The notes beneath the pieces were generated by a model. It did not search any database, had not been told where the DNA came from, and was given only the letters and a program-made list of their open reading frames with translations. Shown here piece after piece: positions 1 through 12,053 of a DNA stretch of 64,000 bases (position 1 is the stretch's first letter; every line of letters begins with the position of its first letter). A program made the translations under genes and the position numbers. Source of the stretch: Marsupella aquatica (taxonomy: Eukaryota; Plantae; Marchantiophyta); assembly GCA_973895155.1 (NCBI GenBank), contig OZ316893.1:6410963-6474962 (forward strand), written 5' to 3'.

Positions 1-2295
1 ACATCTCATCTGTCTTCCCCAATACATAAGTGGCATCCTTTTCTCCAAAAAGCACTGGTTGATTCTGATTGCTTCCCGTAAGATGCCTATGACATCTAAA
101 CAATTGCACGAGTTGGCGTAGACAGATGGGTAGAATTGTAAGAACATCTCTGTACTCAGCATCTTGTTGTAGGAGGATCGTAATTTCCACTGCACATCCC
201 GAAAGTAGCGAGTGTAGTTTGTTAGCTGCTGCGTGCTGATGTTGTTCCATACTCGCTGCTTGTCTTCATAAGAAGTGGTTGAAGTAAGGATAACCTTGGG
301 TCCAGTGGGAATATATGAGTGATCAGGGGTAGTAGACTTGTTGCTCTGTTTTAGAAAAATCAGTAAGAAATCTAAAGCATAAGCGGCTATATTTCCCAAA
401 TAGGCCAGGATTAAATCCGGGTCATCAACTTCAACATCACCTTGTAGAAACAAAACGGCCAGTATAGGTCGGAAGTAGACTGAATCTGTCCAGTACTCAT
501 CAAACTGAGCCAACTCCACGCGAGAGGTACCAATCATCCTGAGATCAAAAATGTAGCTAGCCTCTGCTTTCTTCAAATAATAAAACCTCCAGAACTCACT
601 TATAGGCGGTGTATTGGCATGCATAACCTTACAAGTGGTGACATACTTCTGGACTTGTTGCTCTGGTGTTCTAGGCTCCATTTTATAGATGATAGCGTTT
701 CTAGGAGTTTGGGTAGAAGAAGTGACAACTGCAACAAGGTTGGGGTTAGATCGCAAGGTTGCATTAACTCTTTCGAATCCCTGATCTGGTGAGTCACAGA
801 CTGGAATATCATAGGGAAAGAAGTATTCTAGTGTGGATGGAGGATCAGAATCTTCAGAAAAGGGAAATCCTTGCTGAGAGAAGGGCTGTGTGGAGTGCAA
901 AGATTTATGAGGTAGACTATCAGTAGGCTCATAATTTGAATCAGGACTATAGGGAAACTGAGAGGATGGCAGTGGGGAGCGTGAAGGTTCAGGTCTATCA
1001 AGAAATTCATCGACTATGGAGGTGACTTCTTCTGAACGGCAGCCTAACATAGTAGTTAACTCATGGACAATCTTAAGGCAGGAGTGATGTTCTACAGATG
1101 AGCAGGGAGGAGGCTCTGAATTTGTAGGTGAGGTCTCCTTCAAGTCTGTAGGGGATGGAACTGAGATTTGAGCCACAGTCTTAACAGCAAAAAGTTCCTC
1201 TGTGGAGAGCTGAATTTCTGCTGGAGGTGAAGATGATGGCGAATTCTCATGATCCGGAGATGAAAGTGCAGAAGGAGGAACCTGTGTCACTGCGTCATGG
1301 TGCAATTGCTCAATGGTCTCGTACAGTGAATGAAAGTCACAGTTGAGCAAAGCACACACCTTACTGATCAGGGTCTGATTGGAGTCGTCCTGTGCAAGTC
1401 GAATAGGAAACTTCCCAATTCCTGTGGAAAGGGGTGGTGAGGTGATCCCTGGGTAGTCTATCATCTCAGCATCTGTAGTAAGTGCTTCTAGGTCCATGGG
1501 TACCTCATCTGAAGGACTTGAATTGTGAAGACTTGCCCGGCTGCCTGGAGAAGCTGGCGATATGACGTTTGCCTCTTCTGCTGTAGTAGGCATAATTTCA
1601 TCTTGTTCCCACAACTTGGAGATTTCTTCCATAAGATAATCTCTCTCCATCACCTCCTCAGGAAGTGAGCAATCAAAAGCGGAGTATAGCTGGGCTAGAT
1701 AGTTTTGCAGTTGAGTTGATTGATTCGCCCTTAATGTCCGAAGTTGATCCCTCACAACATTGAAAAATACCAAAGCCCAATTGACCTTTACTCTACCACT
1801 GTGCGCAGCGATGATGGTATTGGCCAGAGAAATGGAGCAACCAGTTGGTTTCTTGGGATGAAAAATAGGAACCAAAAATTCCAAAAGAATTCTTAGCTCC
1901 AAATGATTGCATTGACTCACATTCCAGCCATTTCTCTTATTCCGGGTACCTGAAAAGTATGGAGTTGATGTATCATCCTTGGGCGAAAGTAGCGCTTCTC
2001 CGTCAGCAGAACATCCAAAAGCATACGTGAAGTGATCTATGGTCCATTTGCTGGGCCGTCCTCGAATAGAAGTAGGCGAAGGTGAGGCGACAATTGATCC
2101 TCTGACAAAATCTTCCAGGTAGGTGTCCAACTCTGAAGTCCATGGTAGTCATAATAATTTCTCCAGTCCAAGCTCTCTCAAGGATTGGCGTAATGATTCA
2201 TAGCTCTCTTCGGTCCTGGGGAGCCTGACGACGAGCGCTTTTGGAATTGCCACAGAATCAATGAGGTATTCCTCATCACAATCGAATGTTGCCAT
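1..2295 (-). pseudogene. Large TE-associated accessory ORF (>=765 codons, runs off the left edge), probably the second gene of the MULE
   Basis: Starts at ATG 2295 (MATFDCDEEYLIDS...) and has one premature TGA at 2149-2151. The frame then appears open to base 1: I hand-translated 1-600 and spot-checked other parts, and it is absent from the ORF track because it has no stop. The N-terminal block RGRPSKWT...YFSGTRNKRNGW...FLVPIFHPKKP...KVNWALVF resembles plant transposon accessory domains. It lies on the same strand as, and just downstream of, the MULE transposase. Confidence 0.6.
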
Positions 2296-2498
2296 AGCTC
2301 TCGGGTTCACAATCTTGAGGTGGATGCTGATCAGATGAAGCGGAGCGATGCTTGTAAGCGTCAGAAATAGTCATGCAGAGAGTGATTCGCTCTGGTCGTA
2401 AGATTTCACGCGATGCGGCTCATAGTGTACTTTCCGCCCGTTAGTCTTGCAACGGCGTAATCTTCTAGTATCGCGTAAGTTCGTAAATCGTAAGGTAA

Positions 2499-2539
2499 TA
2501 AGATCGTAAGATCGTAAGATCGTAAGATCGTAAGATCGT
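2499..2539. repeat. Microsatellite (TAAGATCG)x5
   Basis: Read directly from the sequence between the MULE transposase stop and the accessory ORF. Confidence 0.9.
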
Positions 2540-2622
2540 ATCTTACTAAAAGGCGTAAAAAATGTAAGTTTAAGTGAACTTAAACTTTAGCGACCAGAAA
2601 ATTTAAAAATTTGCACTTAATC

Positions 2623-4535
2623 TTAGCTTTTCAAGTTTACTGTATATCCACAATCGCTGCCCATGGAAGGTCCTGTGCCTTTACCTTGAGATAGGAATGC
2701 ATCCCTACCTGCACACTTCCTTTTATCATGTCCAACTTCTCCACAATGGCCACATCGTCGTGGCCTGCGGACAGGATCCTCTTCTGGAAACCTCAATCTG
2801 GCCTTCTCGGATGGCCGACCCCTCTTCCACCTAATCAATGGTGGACCACACCATGAGTCTGGTTGTAGATCAGTCTGCAATATGGCAGGAACAGTAATAG
2901 AGTATGTTCGCTGGAATGCTTTAGTGGAGTAGAGAGGTGAAACAAAGTCAAATTGTCTCTTTTGCAACCTGGTGCATGCCCTCCATGCATGCACGCAAGG
3001 CAAAAGGGTGTTCTGCCAATCACCACAACTACACAACCACTCGGGTTCAAATTGAACTAGAAATTGTCTCCCAAGAAAATCAGTCACCCTACATTCAGCA
3101 TGTGATGACGCATCAGCAAGAAGAAGAGTAGCTTTCTCCTCAGTTTGTTTCAAAGTTGTCATTATGTTTGGAGGGAATTGTGTAGTGATGGACATAGCCA
3201 ATTCTCTCTTGTCAAAGAACTTAGTCATCATGTAGTCCCACAAGAGATTAGACTGCTTGAACGCCACTTCTTGTCGTTGTGGCTTCAACGCCCTATTCAA
3301 GCTCTCCGTTGCTTGGCTAGTCTCATGCCCCCACCTGTTATCAAGTGTTTTCAATAAGTACATAGTTCTTACAGTCATCTCTAATCCACAAAAGGACAGC
3401 ATTTTAACTTTGTAAGATAAATGTACCTTCTCATTGGACAGTAAGCTCTTCAGTAGTGCTTAGGATGGGCTGTCTTCTCAATGTAATCTGCAAGTGGAGC
3501 ATTTTTGTCTTAAATTCGGTCCAATCTTCTTTTGAATTGCTCTGGTGTAGTTGCATATGCCAGCGGCTCAAACTCCTTGCTTGCTTGCTTGTTGAAATGT
3601 GTCCTGTAATTTTCATTCATGTATGATGAGAAAAACCAAGACAGTAAGCATGAGAGACTATGACTCTACATGTGCAACAACTTGCTTGAATAGACTTACC
3701 TGTAATTATCTGCACGGTGCCATGAGCAAAAGGCATGGAATCCCCTTGGGAAAACCTCTTCCATACCATCCAATAATCCTTTCTCTCAATCAGAAATGAA
3801 TACAGTGCTAGGTCTTGTTAACTCAGGAATAGCATCTCTAATCATTCGCAAAAAATAGAGCCATTCCGTAGGGTTCTCACTGGGTACCATACAGTAAGCT
3901 TAGCATGACGATGGTGTTATTGGCATCCAGTGCTGATGCTATGAGCAAAATTTGAGGATATGCAGATCTGGTGTGTGTTCCATCGAAAGCAACCAGAGGC
4001 CGACAATGCTTGAATGTCTCCCGAGCCGCTCCCGGGCATACAAACAAACTATGGAACCGTCCATTTGGTGCTGAGTATTTAACTATGGCAGTAGGATCCC
4101 GTTGCAAAATGTGATGACAATGAGGTGGAATCAAGTAGAAAGAGTCCTTCTCTCGTCCATCCAACTTCTCCAATGCCTTCTTTTTTGCTGCCCAGGCAAT
4201 ATGGTACTTGATATCTGGATGAACCAAGGCTTGGGCTGTATCCCGCAATGAAGAAGCTCTAGTTTGTCAATTTCTCATGACAATCTCCATTATTTGTTGT
4301 GCCAAGCAATCAGAGTTAGTATGCATTCGCCATTACCAATGGTCAGTTGCCTCATAGGTGTGTTCAATGTCTGCCTTCATGATTGTAATTTTTCCGCTTT
4401 TCTTTTTTCTTATGGCTCGGATTCGCCAAGGACATCTTCTGTCATTGTCTTCACATTCATCATTCATTCTACAATGTGCCAGGTATCTTGTCAAATCTTT
4501 CTTGTAGGTTTGAATAATTTGTGTAGTATGCATGC
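2623..4535 (-). pseudogene. MuDR/MULE DDE transposase, 3' portion (stops and frameshifts)
   Basis: Motifs: CPWRIRA...HT (MuDR N-terminal), RPLVAFDGTH (first catalytic Asp), TESLN, a SWIM finger (CSCGDWQNTLLPCVHA) and a C-terminal zinc knuckle (CGHCGEVGHDKRKC). Split over ORFs 4333-4569, 3877-4248 and 2623-3402. Confidence 0.92.
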
Positions 4536-4562
4536 AACACAATTTCGGACCGATCGAGAAGT
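4536..4562. repeat. Left TIR of the 12.1-kb element
   Basis: 22/27 match to the reverse complement of 16603-16629; preceded by the ATGC TSD. Confidence 0.88.
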
Positions 4563-5139
4563 GTGACACACTTCTCGTTTAGCTCGATTCCATTTTTTTT
4601 CTAAGGCAATGCAATCTCCGATAAAACTGCCAAAAAATAAAAAAAAACATGAGTTGCCTACATTGCATCACCGCGGGAATGTAGGGAGTGATACGTGCAT
4701 CGGGTTTTACATTCGGTCTGTGAAAAAGTTTGAACTACGAGTAACTTGGTCCAAAACCACGTAATCGAGGGTCGACCACGCACTAACCCGGGTTAAGGCG
4801 GAAAGTAACCATGGTTAAGGGGGAAAGTTACCATGGTTAGAGCATCCCCTATATAAAGAGGAGCGGGCTGCCCATAAAAAGTTTATTTTCGCCGGAGCGA
4901 ACAACACCTCACTCAAAGTGAATACTGAACTCCTATCAAGTCTTGCATTCCTCCCAAGAGACTTGACTCTTTCTCCAGAGAACCCGATAAATTTATCGAA
5001 ACTACCATTCCAGTCGAGTATCATCCATGTAAGGTTGACTTGTCATTTGGTGTCAATGTCCTGATCTGAGAGTTTATGCATTCCTCTGTTGCATTCCTTT
5101 GATCCAGTGCGCATTCATTCCATAAATTATATTCAAGGT

Positions 5140-5472
5140 CCGATAAATTTATCGGAGTATCCATTGCTGTCATTGATTGAAGATTGCTTGAGACTCCGAT
5201 AAATTTATCGTAGTTTCCATTCCTGTGATTGATTGAAGGTTGCTTGAGACTCCGATAAATTTATTGGAGTTTCCATTCCAGTGATTGATTGAGGATTGCT
5301 TGAGACTCTGATAAATTTATCGGAGTTTCCATTCCTGTGATTGATTGAAGATTGCTTGAGACTCCGATAAATTTATCGGAGTTTCCATTCCAGTGATTGA
5401 TTAAGGATTGCTTGAGACTCCGATAAATTTATCGAAGTTTCCATTCCTGTGATTGATTGAAGATTGCTTGAG
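5140..5472. repeat. 56-bp tandem array, about 6 copies, each carrying the palindrome (ACT)CCGATAAATTTATCGG(AGT)
   Basis: Units start at 5140, 5196, 5252, 5308, 5364 and 5420 (exact 56-bp period). There are no unique spacers. Confidence 0.95.
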
Positions 5473-5659
5473 TGTGTGAGGGAGTCATGTCTTCAAGATG
5501 AATGCAAGGTGCGATAAAGTTATCGCACCCTCTTGTGAGACTCATCTTCCTCTGTTTTGTTTGGAGACTCATCTTCCTCTATGATGTCGCAGTGCTGCAG
5601 GGTTTAGGAGGCACAACGAAAGGTCGATTGCACTCGGTGGATCAAAGGTATAGTGACAA

Positions 5660-6208
5660 ATGGCTATCTTAATTCAAAATCATGTCAAACGTGCACGCCG
5701 GTTGTACAAGAAACTCGTGCAACATAAAGTTCTCCCCATTGGTGTAGGAGCGTTGTGGATGGGTGGTACTGATCCCGGAGATAGGCAGAATCCTCTCCGG
5801 ATTGAGTTCTGCGGAATGAATGGTGCAGGAGTTCCAATCCATTCGAGGTTGATGTTAACGGCGTGTCTCCATTAATTCTTTGGAGTTTTCTTGTAACTAT
5901 TGTTGTCATCGTCTTGACAACAAGTACCATAAATTGGCATACTTATGTTGTCAGATTTGGAACGAGGACCCTTGGGTCAACCTTTCATGATGAGTGTTGT
6001 GACCTTCACATTGAGGTGCGTTTTGTAAGGACATATTTAAGTAAACAAGTCCTACCCATGTCCAGCAAATACACAAGGTCCGAGTCCTAATCTTTAAACT
6101 ATCGTGCAGGGTTGGTACTGTGGATATCTTCGGTTACACCAGGTGATTGAAGGTACTTTTATTGGTGGTTTTGGTAGCTCTGCTTCCTGGCTGCGTCGGA
6201 GAACCTAA
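5660..6208 (+). CDS. Small 3-exon cargo gene of unknown function (115 aa)
   Basis: Exons 5660-5847, 5955-6015 and 6110-6208 joined by GT-AG introns give one uninterrupted frame, MAILIQNHVKRARR...HSRFGTRTLGSTFHDECCDLHIEGWYCGYLRLHQ...RRT*. No family recognised. Confidence 0.55.
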
Positions 6209-6219
6209 TCGTTGCTAAG

Positions 6220-6747
6220 ATGGCATCCGTATTAGCCCACGAGCGTAGGAAATATATTCAAGGAAAAGTGCCTGGTGTGGAATGCGGCGGGGAATGCGGT
6301 AGTCTGTTGAATGGACTTCCTGATCAACTTGTTGAATCTCACATTTGGCCTCTCTTGGCGTTGTCTTGCACACAAGATGAACACCTTGGCCTTGACCTAA
6401 AACTTTTACCCGAAGAATGACTGGCTCGAATGAGAACAATCATTTGTCTTGGAGCCACCTCGAAGAAATGGAACCATCTTGTTGTTGGTACACGATTTTG
6501 GGCTTTACTGAAATACGTAGTCCATGAGATTAATAACATAAACCAAATGCTCGCAAGCATTCCTAATGTCGACCTTCTCTCAAACCTACATATTGCTAGG
6601 GTCTTCCGAGAGGAAACTCATTTCCTCCCTCCCATAGATATGTTTGGGTGCTTCTCGTATGACCGATTAGATGCATTTCTTAGAGTTTGGGTGAATCTTG
6701 GAGAAAGCGGGAAGCGGAAAATTCTTGCATGGCATGGACAAGTCTGA
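6220..6747 (+). pseudogene. F-box-like protein with one internal TGA
   Basis: LLNGLPDQLVESHIWPLL...CLGATSKKWNHLV fits the F-box pattern LPD..l..I...L...c.vsk.W..l, with an insert. ORFs 6220-6420 and 6430-6747 share a frame across the TGA at 6418-6420. Confidence 0.6.
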
Positions 6748-7077
6748 GTGGATGAGGCATTGCTGCGAACATCCGATAAATTTATCGCACTCCTCATTCC
6801 TCTGGTCGATTTAGTAGTCAATTGTTTTGGGTGCTCTAAGGTTTGCTCGAGAAGAGCTTGTAAAAAACACTTTGAATGTAAATGACCCTGCCTCGCCTGA
6901 CTTTGGGTTGTGTGGTCCAGAGTGTAGATTTTTTGCGCCTCTACGGACGATTAGCTGACAAGTGCATTGGCTTCACAACCCGTTATACAAGGTACTATAA
7001 AGTTGAATGAAACTTGTAGAATTGTAATGAGTATGTTCTCCAAAATGTATTCTTGATTTCTATTCGCTGATTAGGCC

Positions 7078-7802
7078 ATGCTTGAGCGACGCATTTTTGT
7101 ACCCTTCGTGGATCCTCCGGAATGGGGGAATTGCGCCCTGATGGACCAGCTAAGGAAGCTGGATGAATCACTAATTTTAAAGATTTGCAGGCTGGTAGCA
7201 AAACCATTTTATAATAACGCATATTACTTCTACGTAGACCAGGTAGGGGGAGAAATTTATATCCGGTGGGATAGATCATATGCTGCATTTGCTAGAAGTA
7301 TTATCCTGCTTTTTCTTAAAACCGGTGTAGTAAAACATTTTATACTGCACTACTGTTATGTTGTGAAGGGCAATCCTGCCTATGAACCAGAATTCTATGC
7401 CCACAACAGACGTAGAGCATTCGATGAGATTCAGATGTGATTGACCAGCTGGACAATCCTCTTGCTACCGAGTTTTTGATTGACACTAGTGGGAAGTTAT
7501 ATTCGTATAGGACTCGTCAACTGCCCCCTCGGCCTCTTTGTCCGTTATTTAGGTTAACTTATGTATCTTGTTTATGGACAAATGTCCTTGACAATGGTGA
7601 GATGTGTCAGTGTTGCACAAATGCCTGTTGTGACGTTCTGTCACGCCGCTATTCAGTAGCTGAAGTTAATCCTGAGACCGGTGCCACAGATTTTCATTGG
7701 CTGTGGGCCTATGATCATAGGATCACTCATATACCCCAATGGCCCAAGAAGCTAATCTCTCGCTTCGCTGTAGCGCGGTTTGATCTTGGGTGGGATGATT
7801 GA
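7078..7802 (+). pseudogene. Unknown cargo gene with a Cys-rich segment (two overlapping ORFs; intron or frameshift)
   Basis: ORFs 7078-7440 and 7437-7802 have protein-like composition (CQCCTNACC) and lie in the same orientation as the other cargo genes. Confidence 0.4.
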
Positions 7803-8140
7803 TTAGGCACATTATCACATGTACACTCAGTCGTCAATTTAAAGAAGGCTCACTTTTTGTTTGGACCACTTTTGCAATAATTTTATCGGTGTTGGTCTCA
7901 TTTTTAGATGTTGACACATACGATAATGTAATCTCGGCCGTCAATTTATATCGTGCTCATATTTGTTTGCAATAATTTTATCGGAGTTGGTATCGCTCGT
8001 GGAATGACCTAATGCTTGTACGTGAATGAGCACTTTCTGAGTTCATTGTATCGATGTTTGCATGCCGGTTTTTGGTTTTTTGGTTTGTCAAAGCGATAAA
8101 TTTATCGCTCCTTGCATTCAGATTTGCAGACTTTGTCATC

Positions 8141-11100
8141 ATGGGTCCTAGTGGGAAGAGTGGATCTGCCGAGGAAAGTCTCATGACAAGCCTCACGAAC
8201 GCGATTTGGACAAGCAAAGACATTTGTGAAGAGGTCAAGTTCATCAAGAAACCGTGGTACTTCCGTGACGCCAGGTTACAATCCAAGGATATGGCAGACT
8301 GTGAGTCTCCTATCCTTTGGGTCCAGATGCAAAAATCCGCAAAGGTTACTCTCTCGTTTGGCCCCGTCGTTGGTGTGGCGATCTGTGAGTACTTGATTAG
8401 CCAGGGAGAGGGAAAAAGTGTTGAAAGAGGGTCTGAGTTTCTTGACAATGTGTGGAGGCAAGGGATTCACCTCTATCATTGTCACCATGGAGAACTTTCT
8501 TGAGAAATTCCTTGAGAGTTACCCTGAAGACGCGCTTGTCGCGGAAGTTAGGTCAGGAAAAGTAATTAATCTTATGGGCCCAGCTTGGGTGTGCCAGTTT
8601 GTCCAAGATTGTGATCTCATCATGCTACCAAGGGTGAATGTAGAGTACAAGAGGCTCACAGGTGAAGAATTCAGACCCATCCGGAAAATAGTTATTAAGA
8701 GGCCTTGTTCTAATGGGAGTGGATCTTCATCGGCAAAAAGTGCTGGAGGTACGGCTTTGGACGAGCCCAAAAGTGGTTCGAGGAAGGGAAGTGGTAGGGG
8801 AAAGGGAGAGGGAACATCAGGGAAGATGTTGCTGGTCCCTTCGAGGGCGGGAGAAGGGGCAGCGGCAATCATCGAGGTTGTGCAGCCGATGCAGGTATAG
8901 GCGTTTCGGAAGCGCCTTACATAAATGTAAGCAAGAGTAGAGAATCTGAGGGATCGGGGCCATCTGGTTCTGGAGTTAGCGTTAAGAGAAAGAGAACAGG
9001 CTGGAGTTTATCCACAGCCCCGGAAGGAGTGGAAGCTTCGATCGATATGGAGCCTCCAGTGATTGACGAGCATTTGCCTCGTTCAGATATACAAGCCAAA
9101 GTTCGATCGGTAAGTGCTACCAAACTTTGATTTTCTATTGACAAAAGAGGATTCCGATAAAAGTCTCGTTGTTTCTTTCGTAATCTAATTTCAAACGGCG
9201 TTTTCTAGATTGATGAAGAGGAGGAGACTGCTCTTTTGATGTATGAGATTGACGCCATCAAAGCGGAGCTCAGTCTGCTGATGCAGCGAAGGGTTCAAAG
9301 GACAACTGTCCTCTTGCATGTCGACAATTTGATTTTTGATGAAGCTGGAGAGAAGTCAACTTTGATCAGACCAGTGGACAAATTGCATGTGGAGAATATC
9401 AAGATTCTTCTAAGGAAAAACCCCACTAACTTCAACGCACCGTTTGTGCTATGTGTGGATCCGGAGGATTGTCCCAAATCGAGGATTGGGACATTCTAAA
9501 GTCCAGAGTATGGAAGTATAGAATTATTGGAGGAAATCATGGTGCTCGGGAAAGGCCGAGTTGTATAAAATGTATGGGAAGCAGATTTATGGTGAGCTGG
9601 AAGCTTGGGTATACGCAGGACTTACCAAGTCGGAGGTCCGAAAGTTGGGCTTCCAGCACAATTATGACCAGGAGTATAGGAAGAACATGACTCATATTGA
9701 TAGAGTTTGTGCGTGCCACAATATCTTTGTTGAAATGGATGTAGGATCAAACAAGGATGTTCGCGAAGCTTGTTGTTAGGAATGTATGCTGGAATACACT
9801 CCCGGTGTTCATGACAGCATGGCCAAACATGACCCAACATTCCAGATTGCTTTTTGAACGGGTGAAATTTGGGATCTTCAGGAGAAAGTTTTCCAGATGT
9901 GGGAGAAGGGGACTGTCTTGGGACAACCCAAAAAGATCGTGGCAACAACAAATGCAAAGGGAAAGGTTAAACCTTTAATGCTGAAAGAGATTAAAATGAA
10001 TAAACTTGCAGGTGACCTCAATTTAAATACTTTTCGAGGCCTTCAAGGACAGTCAACTAAGGAGCATGTTAAGCGGCTCTTGAATAGGGTCATTGGGAAA
10101 GTGATCACCTTGGATCAAATGCACAAGGAAGGGGAAAAGCTGAAAAAACTTTCCACGGTGAAGAAATTATTCTTGCAGATATCTAGGCAGCCTGACTGGG
10201 CAACTTGCAGAGAAATGTTTCCAAATGAGATGGATGTTTCCGTCCTAGGAACATGGGCAGAGAAGTTGAGCGAAGCGGTAAGCACCCGTCTCTCCCCGAG
10301 ATTTTATCGGCCTTGCCATTCCATTAGTAGATTTTGCATTTCTCGTTCCATTCAAAAATCATCGTGAGATTTTTATCGGCCTTGCCATTCCATCAGTACA
10401 TTTTGCATAACTCGTTTCATTCCCAAGATTTTTAACGGCTTTCGTATTCGTTAAGCGATTTCATTCTGATTGGAATTATGTGCGACCTTTGTTACAGCTG
10501 AAGATTGGGTCGAAGCGGAAAAATAAAGTTGTTCCACCTGTGCAATATAATTTGGCGGGGGAGGTTATTGTTCCCTCCGCTGACATCCCGTATGTGTTCA
10601 AGAATTTTGTGCTTGCTGCAATTGATCGGTACAACCGGCTCCAGGCGCTAGGCGAGGACGGACGAGAAGCCGTGGAGCAAATATGGAAAAATGCTGACGG
10701 AGATTCTTTCCCTTACTATCTCCATGTTGGGGATGTTCAAATTTTGGATTCTTTTGTGGAGGCAAAACCTTACACTCTTGCCATCGCCGACATTCCGTAT
10801 GGTTTTAATGCGCCTGGTTCAGAGTTTGATGAAGTGTCCTTCACGGAAATGGACGTTGTAGATATGGTGAGAAGTTTTTTGAACATGACAGCTGCTAAGC
10901 AGTGGAGGTTTGTTGTGATCCATTCATTATAGCAAACAAATATGGTCATGTCTGCGCTCGAGACTGTGTGCAACTGTGGGGTTGAGTCTGGAATTTGGGA
11001 GAAGACCAACATTCATTAGCGTCCCGCCGGTGCTCGATTGGCGTGGGGTTTTGAAAACTGGTTGATGGGATTCTACAGCGAGGAAGGCATCTGGAACATG

Positions 11101-11595
11101 AACATGTACAATTTCCAACCGGATGAGTCTCGCATCAATATCATCAAGGTTCCATGTGTAACCAAAAAGTCTGTTGATCCGTTGGGCTATGTTGTGAACC
11201 CGTACCAAAAGCTTGTTGGTTTGGGTGCTTCATTTGTTACTCATTTCTCGGAGAAAAATGAGTGGGTTATGGATCTTTGCTGCGGAACCAGATCCATGTT
11301 AGCTGCGGCTCTTCTCAATTCTCGCTAGGGTTGTGCGGTCGATAAAAGTGCTGCGCAGATTGATTTTGTGAGACATCGGATTATGACTCTAGAGTCAAAC
11401 TGGAATTTATATGATGAAGCACAGATTGAAGGGCAAGGCGGCGAAGGTCTAGAGATTCAACCACCGATTGGAGGCCAATTGGGAACATTGGGGACTTTGA
11501 CTTTCACTGTTGAAGTCGTGAAGGAGGTCGAGAATGAAGAAGAAGCCAAAAAACCTCCCAAAACGCCTAATGAGGATGATCTCAATGACATGTAA
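8141..11595 (+). pseudogene. ParB/Srx-like domain fused to a beta-class N6/N4 DNA methyltransferase (multi-exon, decayed)
   Basis: ParB-like part: LIRPVDKLHVENIKILL...PFVLCV...YRIIGGNHG (GGNH at 9529-9540)...LEAWVYAGLTKSEVRKLGFQHN. MTase part: LHVGDV...YTLAIADIPYG (motif IV, DIPY at 10789-10800) precedes NPYQK...FSEKNEWVMDLCCGT (motif I, DLCCGT at 11272-11289)...AAALLNSR.GCAVD, the order seen in PF01555-type enzymes. Phase-0 GT-AG introns at 9110-9208 and 10278-10497; the second joins the ParB exon in frame to the MTase exon. Several stops and frameshifts. Confidence 0.8.
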
Positions 11596-12053
11596 CTGGA
11601 TTAGGAAATTGTTATCTGGTTGTATGATAGTTAGGTTAGGTTAGTTTAGGTTATGTTAGATTATGTCAGTCCCACTTCTCAATATTCGGAGAATGGAGTG
11701 TGATAAATTTATCGCAATTATGTTTGAACCCGATAAATTTATTGGACATTGCATTCTACTCTCTTTTTTGTCACGGTGTTCTAGCTGGGGACTTATCGGA
11801 CTTTGCATTCCACGCTCTAGCTATTCCACTCCCTTATTTGTCACGATGTTCTAGCTGGGGGAATGGAGTTGTCGATAATATCGGACTTTGCATTCCACGC
11901 TCTAGCTAGTTAGTCATTACAATCAATTCAAAAAAAGATATAATTATAGCTTTGGAGAACAACATACTTAGTCCCAGATGTTCACGACTGCGATCATCCT
12001 CATGGGAATGATAACCAGCTTAACGATAACCATTATAACTTAAAACCTTTACA

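Noticed and set aside
5140-5472. CRISPR-like array of palindromic repeats
   Set aside because: The sequence between palindromes is nearly identical in every unit, so there are no unique spacers. There are no cas genes and the context is eukaryotic.
8141-11595. Bacterial contamination as the source of the methyltransferase
   Set aside because: The gene has phase-compatible GT-AG introns and sits inside a TSD-flanked element nested in a plant MULE.
11628-11662. Telomere-like TTAGG repeats
   Set aside because: Only a few imperfect units in a 3' region, consistent with a simple microsatellite.
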